A stretch of DNA of 64,000 nt, from NCBI GenBank assembly GCA_964424025.1, contig CAYRHG010000072.1:646-64645 (forward strand). Direction: 5' to 3'. The DNA comes from an uncultured Dehalococcoidales bacterium. GTDB taxonomy: Bacteria > Chloroflexota > Dehalococcoidia > Lucifugimonadales > Lucifugimonadaceae. The notes under the pieces are model-generated. The model was not told the DNA's origin. It ran no database searches and worked only from the letters and a program-made list of their open reading frames with translations. Each line of letters opens with the position of its first letter. Position 1 is the stretch's first letter. Position numbers and translations under genes: made by a program. Shown in pieces: positions 44,321-52,872 of the stretch.

Positions 44321-45562
44321 ATGTCTAACGATGCAGAGTTGACGATTGTCGACGGCGGCGGGGTCGCGTCGGCTGAAGGGTTCCAAGCCGGAGGGGTGTT
44401 CGCCGGCATCAAAACTCCGGGCGAAGACAAGTACGACCTGGGTTTGCTTTATTCGGAGCGAGATTGCACGGTTGCTGGTACTTTCACACGCAACAGCATA
44501 ATGTCGCCTTCGGTGACGGTATCCAAGCGCGTAGTCGAGCGAGGAAAAGCGCGTGCGGTGATCGGCAACAGCGGATGCGCGAATTGTTCCGTTGGCGAGC
44601 AGGGTTTGATCGACGCTCAGGACGTGGCAGCTATCGCCGCGAACGAGCTCGGAGTCGACGCTTCCGAAGTTTTGGTTGCCTCGACCGGCGTGATCGGCGT
44701 CGAACTCCCGATGAACCTGATACGTGATTACGCTCCACGAATCAATGTCCGAGGCGGAGACGACAGCGCAGCGGCGGGTCTCGAGTTTGCCAAAGCGATC
44801 ATGACAACTGACACGCATCCCAAGCAAGTAGCAGTCCAATACGAGGCAAGCGATGGGCGCACGGTAACGGTCGGTGGTTGCGCCAAAGGCGCGGGGATGA
44901 TTCACCCGAACATGGCGACAATGCTCTGCTTCATCTCGACTGATGCCGATGTCGATGGCGCGTTTCTTCAGTCCGTACTCTCCGAGGCGGTCACGCTGAG
45001 CTTCAACCAGATAGACATCGACGGCGACCAAAGCACTAACGACACCGTGGCGCTTCTCGCAAACGGTGCCTCCGGCAGCACGCGCGTCGCCGGTGGTGAC
45101 GAAGATTCCGTCAAGTTCGCTCAAGCAGTCGAGTTTGTGAACCGCCATTTGGCTATCGAACTCGCGCGCGATGGCGAAGGGGCACGTCATCTGATTTCCG
45201 CTGTGGTAGAAGGTGCTTACTCCGACGAGGATGCCCGGAAAGCGGCGCGATCGATCGCCGCTTCGTTGCTCGTCAGAACCGCGGTTTATGGCCGCGACCC
45301 GAACTGGGGCCGGATCATGATGGCCGTGGGCAAGACCGGTATACCGCTCGTGGAATCTGAGATCGAAATATTCGTCAACGGTATACAGATTGTGGCCGAC
45401 GGCAAGGCGATCGCTTACAACGTCCAGAGCGTCATCGCCGCGCTCGACCACCCGGAGGTTGAACTGAAGGTCAACCTAAATTGCGGTGAAGGATTCGGCG
45501 AGGCCTGGGGATGCGATCTCACCGAGGAGTACGTGGTCTTCAATTCGGCGTACACCACCTAG
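44321..45562 (+). CDS. argJ: bifunctional ornithine acetyltransferase / N-acetylglutamate synthase
   Basis: 413-aa ORF. KGAGMIHPNMATMLCFISTDA contains the autoprocessing A|TML site. Confidence 0.9.
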   Translation: MSNDAELTIVDGGGVASAEGFQAGGVFAGIKTPGEDKYDLGLLYSERDCTVAGTFTRNSIMSPSVTVSKRVVERGKARAVIGNSGCANCSVGEQGLIDAQDVAAIAANELGVDASEVLVASTGVIGVELPMNLIRDYAPRINVRGGDDSAAAGLEFAKAIMTTDTHPKQVAVQYEASDGRTVTVGGCAKGAGMIHPNMATMLCFISTDADVDGAFLQSVLSEAVTLSFNQIDIDGDQSTNDTVALLANGASGSTRVAGGDEDSVKFAQAVEFVNRHLAIELARDGEGARHLISAVVEGAYSDEDARKAARSIAASLLVRTAVYGRDPNWGRIMMAVGKTGIPLVESEIEIFVNGIQIVADGKAIAYNVQSVIAALDHPEVELKVNLNCGEGFGEAWGCDLTEEYVVFNSAYTT

Positions 45563-45629
45563 TTCGCCCGAGGCAGGCTAGCGCCGACACCGTCGATCCG
45601 GAATTCTGGGTTGACGTGAGATCCTGTTA

Positions 45630-46412
45630 ATGCCAAATTCAGATTCCATCGTTGTTAAAATCGGCGGTTCCACTCTGGGCGAGGGGGATTCGACTATTGA
45701 CGACGTCGTGGAGCTGTGGAAGCGAGGACTTCGGCCAGTGGTCGTGCATGGTGGCGGGAAAACGATCTCGGATTGGGTCGCCAAACAGGGAGTCAGGTCC
45801 AACTTCGTGAGAGGTTTGCGCGTAACTGATGCGGCAACTTTGGAGGTAGCCGTGGCCGTCCTCACCGGTTTGGTGAACTCCAACCTCGTCGCAGAGATCA
45901 CACGCGCCGGTGCACCTGCCGTCAGCGTATCCGGTGTATCGGATGGCATGTTCAGCGCCGTCATCCAAGACCCTGAACTAGGTTACGTCGGGCGCGTTGT
46001 GAAGACCAACGCTGGTCCGGTCAATTCGATAGTGGATTCCGGTCGCGTTCCGGTCGTCGGCCCTGCCGCATTGAACCTAGAGGCAACTTCGCTGGAGGAC
46101 CAGATCCTCAATATCAATGCCGACACTGCGGCTGGTCACTTGGCACGCGCTCTAGAGGCTAACTCGCTCGTGTTTCAGACGGACGTTGAGGGCGTACTGG
46201 ATATGCGGGGTCGGGTGATCCCGCAGATGACCAAACGTCAGGCGGTGGATTTGATAAACAGCGGCGTAGCGGGCGGAGGCATGATCCCGAAGCTCGAAGC
46301 TTGCATCGAGTCGCTAGAAGGCACGAATTCGGCGCATATCATCGACGGGCGCGTCGCGGGAGCACTTGTCAGATGTGCAGAAGGTCAACCGATCGGCACG
46401 CGGATAGTGTGA
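45630..46412 (+). CDS. argB: acetylglutamate kinase
   Basis: 260-aa ORF. VVKIGGS, VVHGGG, INAD.AA and GGMIPK motifs. Confidence 0.9.
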   Translation: MPNSDSIVVKIGGSTLGEGDSTIDDVVELWKRGLRPVVVHGGGKTISDWVAKQGVRSNFVRGLRVTDAATLEVAVAVLTGLVNSNLVAEITRAGAPAVSVSGVSDGMFSAVIQDPELGYVGRVVKTNAGPVNSIVDSGRVPVVGPAALNLEATSLEDQILNINADTAAGHLARALEANSLVFQTDVEGVLDMRGRVIPQMTKRQAVDLINSGVAGGGMIPKLEACIESLEGTNSAHIIDGRVAGALVRCAEGQPIGTRIV

Positions 46413-46446
46413 TCCGAATCGGTTTGGCGTTACTGAGCTTGACGTA

Positions 46447-47217
46447 TCAACGCCATTCGGCCCCGTCTTGCGGGACGTATCCGACCAGATTGGTTGTGTG
46501 TTCCAAGTCGCGGAATCGCGTGCGATTGTCGGAGACGCCGTACACGATGTCGTAACGTACATCGGCAGGAGCCTCGACGCAACGCCACACTATCTGAGCC
46601 GCGTCGCGGTGGCTGAGGTAGACGGCGGCGCTGCGGGCGTCGTTTGGCTTGTTTTCGGCTGTGACGCGTCCCAATTTGATGCAGATCACCGACATACCAT
46701 GAGTTTCTGAGTAGTACCGGCCCATCACCTCACCTGCGACTTTTGCTACGCCGTACATCCTGTCGGGACGGGCGGGAGAATCGTGATAGACGCGTCCTGG
46801 TGGATCGGGTATGTCGTCATAACGGGCTTCGACCATTGACAAAACGGGTTCCTCACGTTCGTAGCCCATTTGTGTCGCGCCCGAACTGCCGAACACGAAA
46901 CGTTTTACACCCGCATCTTTGGCCGCTTCGAACACGTTGTACGTGCCTTCGATGTTTACGGAAAGCTGCGATGCGTCAGATGGGCCTAGATACGCCGCCA
47001 TATGGACCACGCAGTCAATCCCTTCGAATGCGGGTCGGATCGCTTCGAGATCGGCGATGTCGGCCCGCGTCGTCGGGTATCCCGGGACGTCCTGACGGTT
47101 CAGCGCGGAGACCTGATAACCACGGCTCGCGAGTTCACGGCCAGCGAGGCCGCCGATCAGACCGCTCATGCCAGTGACAAGTATGGTGGAGATTGGGATT
47201 GCTGCTTCGTTGCTCAT
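46447..47217 (-). CDS. NAD-dependent epimerase/dehydratase family protein
   Basis: ORF 46447..47376; probable start ATG 47217 (MSNEAAIPISTILVTGMSGLIGG). YGVAK catalytic YxxxK motif. Confidence 0.75.
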   Translation of the reverse strand: MSNEAAIPISTILVTGMSGLIGGLAGRELASRGYQVSALNRQDVPGYPTTRADIADLEAIRPAFEGIDCVVHMAAYLGPSDASQLSVNIEGTYNVFEAAKDAGVKRFVFGSSGATQMGYEREEPVLSMVEARYDDIPDPPGRVYHDSPARPDRMYGVAKVAGEVMGRYYSETHGMSVICIKLGRVTAENKPNDARSAAVYLSHRDAAQIVWRCVEAPADVRYDIVYGVSDNRTRFRDLEHTTNLVGYVPQDGAEWR

Positions 47218-47354
47218 GTGCCCATGATACGCCGTTCGAGATTCGCCGTACCCGTGCGCGAATAGCGCAGATTTATACTTGCAATCTAAGCCCAAATCGT
47301 ATCGGATTCGGGAATGAAATCGGACGCAATTACAACGCAACGAGAGGGGCGCTG

Positions 47355-48359
47355 ATGTCAGGTACAGCACATGCATCGGCGCAGGAGTTGGAGCGCACGG
47401 CCATCGAAGCGCTTGATGCGATTAAATCCGAATCCGAGCTTGAAGAATGGCGAGTCGCTTACCTCGGACGTAGGGGTGAAGTCTCCGCCAGACTGCGCAA
47501 CGTTGGTTCTTTGCCGGGCGAAGAACGGCGCGAAGCTGGCGCAAATCTCAACCAGCTCAAATCCAAGCTGACGAACGCGTTCAGTGAAGCATCGCACAGG
47601 ATTGCTGACGCGCCGCGTGGTGCCGGTGCGGCGGACGAAATCGACATCACGTTGCCGGGCCGAAGGTCGAATCTCGGTGGCCTGCACCCCTCTGAGATGA
47701 TGATGCGCGAGATCCTCGAGGTCTTCAACGACATGGGGTTCCAAACCGTCGAAGGTCCGATCGTGGAGTTGGAAAAATACAACTTCGACATGTTGAACGT
47801 GCCCGCCGATCACCCGGCTCGGGATCTTCAGGACACGCTGTGGATAGACCGCGAGTCAGAAAACCCTGTGTTGCTGCGAACCCAGACATCACCGATGCAG
47901 ATCCGGACGATGGAGAAGCAGCAACCTCCGGTGCGGATCGTTTCGCCGGGGCTGTGTTTCCGCCACGAAGCGACCGACGCGACCCACGAGTGGCAATTCC
48001 ACCAGATCGAAGGGCTCGCAGTTGACGAGGGTGTGACGATGTCGGATCTAAAGGGCACGCTGTATGAGTTCACTCGTCGGATCTTCGGCACCGAGCGCAA
48101 GATCCGGTTCCGTTGCGACTACTTCCCTTTCGTTGAGCCTGGGGTCGACGTGTCGGTCGATTGGGATGGTCGCTGGGTAGAAATCATGGGCGCGGGCATG
48201 GTGCATCCCAAAGTGCTCGAAGGTGTCGGATACGACACATCGAAATACACCGGTTTCGCTTTCGGAATGGGCCCTGAGCGGATCGCAATGCTGCGATACA
48301 ACATCGAAGATATCCGGCATTTCTTTTCGAACGATCTGCGCTTTCTGAGCCAGTTCTAG
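47355..48359 (+). CDS. pheS: phenylalanine--tRNA ligase alpha subunit
   Basis: ORF 47193..48359; ATG 47355 fits the PheS N-terminal coiled coil. Class II motifs (FRHE..D.TH, GAGMVHP) present. Confidence 0.95.
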   Translation: MSGTAHASAQELERTAIEALDAIKSESELEEWRVAYLGRRGEVSARLRNVGSLPGEERREAGANLNQLKSKLTNAFSEASHRIADAPRGAGAADEIDITLPGRRSNLGGLHPSEMMMREILEVFNDMGFQTVEGPIVELEKYNFDMLNVPADHPARDLQDTLWIDRESENPVLLRTQTSPMQIRTMEKQQPPVRIVSPGLCFRHEATDATHEWQFHQIEGLAVDEGVTMSDLKGTLYEFTRRIFGTERKIRFRCDYFPFVEPGVDVSVDWDGRWVEIMGAGMVHPKVLEGVGYDTSKYTGFAFGMGPERIAMLRYNIEDIRHFFSNDLRFLSQF

Positions 48360-48382
48360 TCAACTCCGATCGGATCCGACTC

Positions 48383-50878
48383 ATGAAAGTTCCGTTGTCA
48401 TGGCTCCGCGAGTACGTAGATGTCAACATCGATGTCGACGAACTCGCCCACAAACTCACGATGGCCGGCAACGAAGTCGAATCCATCGAGCGTTTCGGCC
48501 ACATCGACAACGTCGTAGTCGGAAATGTGTTGGAGGTCAAGCCGCATCCAAACGCCGATCGCTTGACTTTGGTCACGGTCAACGATGGATCGACCGTCCA
48601 TGAGGTCGTCTGTGGTGCTCCGAACGTCGCCGCAGGCCAGATGATCGCGTATGCATCGATCGGTGCGCATCTCTTCGATCCGTACAGCGATGAACCCGGT
48701 AAAACCCGCAGATTAAGAAAGTCCAAAATCAGAGGCGTCGAGTCTTCAGGCATGGTGTGTTCCGAAAAAGAGCTCGGCATCGGCGAAGACCACGATGGGA
48801 TTCTGGTGTTGCCCAAAGAATCAACAATCGGTACCCCTATCGGCGATGTCTTGGGCGACGCGGTTTTGGATTTAGAGTTGACGCCGAATCGGCCTGACTG
48901 CTTAGGGATTGTCGGCGTCGCCCGCGATGTTGCCGCGCTGACTGGTGAAACATTGCGGATGCCGGCGTTGGATTACGAAACCACCGGACCTGATGCCGCG
49001 GACCTCGCCAAAGTGACGGTCGTCGACGGCGACCTTTCTCCTCGCTACGTGGGTGCCGTTATCCGAAACGTCAATATCGGTCCATCGCCATCTTGGCTGC
49101 AAGAGCGATTGATGGCGATCGGCGAGCGACCCATCAACAATGTGGTTGACGCGACCAACTTCGTAATGTTCGAGTTGGGGCAACCGCTTCACGCGTTCGA
49201 CTACGACAAGGTTACCGACCGACACGTGATCGTCCGCCGCGCCGAGCAGGGCGAAAAACTGACGACGTTAGACGGTGTCGAACGTGAACTTGACAGCGAA
49301 TCGCTACTGATCGCGGACCCGGATGGCGGAATAGGTCTCGCCGGAATAATGGGCGGTGAAAACACCGAAATCTCGGAAACGACGACCAACATTTTCCTTG
49401 AGTCTGCGAATTTCAATCCCCAAAACAACCGTCGCACCGCAGGTAGGTTAGGAATGCGTAGCGAAGCGACGCTGCGGTTCGAAAAAGGTTTGCGAGCCGG
49501 TTTGACTGAAGTGGCAATTAAGCGCTGCCTGCGCATTATCCAAATCGTCGCCGGTGGTGAATCGGCACCGGGATTGATCGATGAGTGGCCTGGTAAGGGC
49601 AACGAGCAGACCGTCGTAGACCTGACCAAGTCCCAAATCGCACGTGTGATGGGTGTGGATTACCCTGACAAACTCGTCGAAGACACCTTGCGATCGCTAG
49701 GTTTCGAGTTCGAATTGCTTGTCGATACAACGTCGCATCTGAAAGAATCCACGCAATCCACGGATATTTCAGGATGGCGAGTAACCATCCCATACTGGCG
49801 ATCCGACATCAGCATTCCCGAAGATTTAGTCGAAGAGTTGGCCCGCATCATCGGGTACGACGACCTACCGGCGACTCGACTCTCAGGGGAGGTGCCGCGC
49901 TGGGAACCGGGCGCCAAACATCTGTTCCGCCAACGGGTCGTTGACGCTCTGACCGGATACGGTTTACGGCAGACGATCACCTACGCGGCGGTCTCGGACG
50001 AATTGCAACAGAGGGCGCCAACGCCGTTGAGCTCTTTAGATTCCGACGATGATATCGCGGGTTTGACGTTAGAAAATCCCGTATCTGGTCAGCATGCCGC
50101 TTTGAGGCGTTCACTACGCGCGCCGACGCTAGAAGTGGCAGCCAGAAACACGCGGACGTGGCGAGGCCCGGTGGCGTTGTTCGAAACGGGTCTTATTTTC
50201 CGCCCAAGCGCAGACAATGATGATCCACTGCCACAACAAGTCGAAAAATTAACTGGTGTGTTAACAGGTCCCAGGAATCAATCCGCGTGGGGACGCGACG
50301 ACGCAGAGTTCGACTTTTTCGATGGCAAAGGGGCGGTTGAGCACGTCTTGGAAGCGTTGGGTATCGATCCCGAGTTCATTACGCACGAAGACCCGACTTA
50401 CGCCCAAGGCAAGGCCGCTGAGATATTGACATCAGGCCGCAACGGTGTGGCGATTGGAACGGTGGGCGTTGTGAATGAAGCTGTTTGGGATCGTTTCGAT
50501 CCGGAGACCAGCAGCGCCATTATGTTCGAGCTTGATATGGAGGTGCTAAGGTCATTGATAGGGGATGAGACGAGAGCCGACGGCTACCTTCCGTTTCCTA
50601 GATATCCAGATGCGCCTCGCGACTTGGCGTTGGTGGCCGACAGCGGGATCAAGGTCGGCGACGCCCTTCGAATATGTCGACAAAATCGGCTCGTCAAATC
50701 AGCGATGGTCTTCGACGTTTACGAAGGTGGCGTCGTGGGTAGAGGCAAGAAATCGATTGGTATCCGTGTGATTTACCAATCCGACACACAAACGTTGACG
50801 TCTGAGCAAGTCTCTAAAGCCGAAGAGCAAATTCTGCGACGGCTCGAACGTGAGTTAGGTGTAACGCTACGCGGTTAA
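48383..50878 (+). CDS. pheT: phenylalanine--tRNA ligase beta subunit
   Basis: 831-aa ORF. MKVPLSWLREYV start, with tRNA-binding, B3/4, B5 and FDX-ACB domain order. Confidence 0.95.
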   Translation: MKVPLSWLREYVDVNIDVDELAHKLTMAGNEVESIERFGHIDNVVVGNVLEVKPHPNADRLTLVTVNDGSTVHEVVCGAPNVAAGQMIAYASIGAHLFDPYSDEPGKTRRLRKSKIRGVESSGMVCSEKELGIGEDHDGILVLPKESTIGTPIGDVLGDAVLDLELTPNRPDCLGIVGVARDVAALTGETLRMPALDYETTGPDAADLAKVTVVDGDLSPRYVGAVIRNVNIGPSPSWLQERLMAIGERPINNVVDATNFVMFELGQPLHAFDYDKVTDRHVIVRRAEQGEKLTTLDGVERELDSESLLIADPDGGIGLAGIMGGENTEISETTTNIFLESANFNPQNNRRTAGRLGMRSEATLRFEKGLRAGLTEVAIKRCLRIIQIVAGGESAPGLIDEWPGKGNEQTVVDLTKSQIARVMGVDYPDKLVEDTLRSLGFEFELLVDTTSHLKESTQSTDISGWRVTIPYWRSDISIPEDLVEELARIIGYDDLPATRLSGEVPRWEPGAKHLFRQRVVDALTGYGLRQTITYAAVSDELQQRAPTPLSSLDSDDDIAGLTLENPVSGQHAALRRSLRAPTLEVAARNTRTWRGPVALFETGLIFRPSADNDDPLPQQVEKLTGVLTGPRNQSAWGRDDAEFDFFDGKGAVEHVLEALGIDPEFITHEDPTYAQGKAAEILTSGRNGVAIGTVGVVNEAVWDRFDPETSSAIMFELDMEVLRSLIGDETRADGYLPFPRYPDAPRDLALVADSGIKVGDALRICRQNRLVKSAMVFDVYEGGVVGRGKKSIGIRVIYQSDTQTLTSEQVSKAEEQILRRLERELGVTLRG

Positions 50879-50922
50879 ATCACGCGGATTGTGGTTTTGG
50901 ATAGAGATGCATTGAATTCATC

Positions 50923-52287
50923 GTGAACCAGACACACCACCATCACAATCACGAGCGACCACATAGGCATCACTATGATGCGGAGATGTTGAGCGTTGAA
51001 GATGCCCGCGAACGCATTCTTTCGTACTTCGATCCGCTGACGACCATCGAAGTGCCGCTGTTGGACGGCCTCGGCTTGACATTGGCAGAGGATCTGACGT
51101 CGGAGTTCGACATCCCACCTTTGGCCAATTCCGCCATGGATGGATATGCGGTGCGGAGTTCAGATGTCACGGCGGCTACAAACTCCGAACCGGTTTTTCT
51201 GCCGGTTGAAGGTTACGTTGCCGCAGGATACGTACCGGATAGACCATTGGCGGAGGGGTCCGCCATGAGAATTATGACCGGCGCACCTGTCCCCGACGGT
51301 GCCGATTCCGTAGTTCCCTTTGAAGACACGGATGAGGACACTCGGGATCCGCGCGCCGATGAGATAACTGAGATCGGGATCAGATTGAACGCCGAACCGG
51401 GCGAGAACATCAGGCCAGCCGGCGAAGACATCCAACGCGGTGCCACAGTGGTTAGCAGAGGTTCTGAGCTAACACCAGGGGTTATTGGCGTCGCTGCTTC
51501 GTTGGGCCGAACTTCGGTGAGGGTCATTCGCCGGCCCGTGGTCGCGATCGTCTCGACAGGCGATGAGTTAGTTGAACCCGGAGAAAAGCTTGGACCGGGG
51601 AAAATCTACAACTCAAACGCCTACAGCGTGGCATCGATGGCCGAAAAGCACGGCGCTATCGCCAAGGTCGTGGGTACAGCACGCGACAGTATCGAGTCAT
51701 TGGAAACCCTTCTCGCTGAGGCGGTGAACTACGACATGGTCGTCACGTCCGCAGGGGTTTCAAAAGGCGACTACGACGTCGTGAAAGACGTCTTAGCCAA
51801 AGGCGGCGAAATCGCCTTGTGGTCGGTGCGAATGCGGCCCGCGAAACCTTTGGCATTCGGTGCTCTGCGCGCGAAAGATGGTCGAATGGTGCCCCATCTC
51901 GGGCTACCCGGCAATCCAGTGAGCGCAATGGTGGCGTTCGAGCAGTTCGGGAGACCGGCCATAAGGGTCATGATGGGCAAACAACCGTTGCCGAAACCTG
52001 CAATCATTGCAACACTCGACGATCCCGTTCACAATTACGACGGCCGACGTGTTTACGCCCGGGTCGAGGTTTATCGAGACGACGACGGAAATTATCGAGC
52101 ACGTTCAACCGGCACTCAGAGTTCTGGAGCATTGCACTCGATGGCCCATGCTCAAGGATTGGCCATATGTCCTGATGACGTTGCGACGGTTCCCGCCGGA
52201 GCGGAAATAAAGGTTGAGATGTTGGAATGGCCGGACGACCATTTGCTCAGCCGAGAGATTAACGTAAATCCTAGCTTTGAAAACTAA
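50923..52287 (+). CDS. moeA: molybdopterin molybdenumtransferase MoeA
   Basis: 454-aa ORF. NSAMDGYAV, TGDE and GLPGNPVSA motifs. Start ambiguous (GTG 50923 gives a His-rich extension; ATG 50986 gives MLSVEDARE). Confidence 0.85.
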   Translation: MNQTHHHHNHERPHRHHYDAEMLSVEDARERILSYFDPLTTIEVPLLDGLGLTLAEDLTSEFDIPPLANSAMDGYAVRSSDVTAATNSEPVFLPVEGYVAAGYVPDRPLAEGSAMRIMTGAPVPDGADSVVPFEDTDEDTRDPRADEITEIGIRLNAEPGENIRPAGEDIQRGATVVSRGSELTPGVIGVAASLGRTSVRVIRRPVVAIVSTGDELVEPGEKLGPGKIYNSNAYSVASMAEKHGAIAKVVGTARDSIESLETLLAEAVNYDMVVTSAGVSKGDYDVVKDVLAKGGEIALWSVRMRPAKPLAFGALRAKDGRMVPHLGLPGNPVSAMVAFEQFGRPAIRVMMGKQPLPKPAIIATLDDPVHNYDGRRVYARVEVYRDDDGNYRARSTGTQSSGALHSMAHAQGLAICPDDVATVPAGAEIKVEMLEWPDDHLLSREINVNPSFEN

Positions 52288-52340
52288 TTCACTGTTACAT
52301 CGCTATGTATATTAGTTGAAGCGGCGACTCGTTAACTGGG

Positions 52341-52802
52341 ATGAAGCAAATGAACACAGAGGGTGAAAACGGGCATTCCCCGGATATTGAACAAGCATCG
52401 TTTGACGTTGAATACGCGATCGATGAAACGGCATACGAATTCGCCGGAGAATCTTATTTGTTCAAAGTCTGGCAACGGCTGTGCTGGTCCGGCGAGTGTC
52501 GACTGTGCCGGAGGTTTCCCACTGGCAAACCGATAGTGCCCGGAAGGACAACCAAAAGCAGCATTTACAATGCTGCGAAAATCTGTCCCTCCAAAGTCCA
52601 ATTTGTCACGCCAGGGATGTCCTTGCTGGAAGCGGTGTTTCGCGGTCTGGTTGCCAATGGCAATCGACCCATGCGATTCGACGAGATCGTCAAGTTCCTA
52701 CAGGATAGTTGGGGTACTGAGTTTGCGCAACGGATCGAGTCGGTCGAGTCTCTGCAACGCATATTGGACGGACCGAACGAATACCGGATCAGCCGAGTGT
52801 AG
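52341..52802 (+). CDS. hypothetical protein (Cys cluster + possible winged-helix C-terminus)
   Basis: 153-aa ORF in a visibly lower-GC stretch. CWSGECRLC cluster. The C-terminal LLEAVFRGLVANGNRPMRFDEIVKFL segment is weakly wHTH-like. Confidence 0.35.
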   Translation: MKQMNTEGENGHSPDIEQASFDVEYAIDETAYEFAGESYLFKVWQRLCWSGECRLCRRFPTGKPIVPGRTTKSSIYNAAKICPSKVQFVTPGMSLLEAVFRGLVANGNRPMRFDEIVKFLQDSWGTEFAQRIESVESLQRILDGPNEYRISRV

Positions 52803-52872
52803 ACTGCGAGGTCGCGGGTTATCATCGTGAATCTGAAACTTAACCCATAGATTCTGCGATGACTACCGTGAC

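Noticed and set aside
44237-45451. 404-aa minus-strand ORF antisense to argJ
   Set aside because: The plus-strand frame has unmistakable ArgJ motifs (ATML autoprocessing site). The antisense product is Arg/Asp/Val-rich with no motifs, a typical shadow ORF in GC-rich DNA.
47218-47354. Leader or attenuator (T-box or pheM-like) upstream of pheS
   Set aside because: There is no T-box sequence, no Phe-rich leader peptide and no terminator hairpin in the 137-nt spacer. It is probably just a divergent promoter region.
48184-48816. 210-aa minus-strand ORF spanning the pheS/pheT junction
   Set aside because: It is antisense to two highly conserved aminoacyl-tRNA synthetase subunits.
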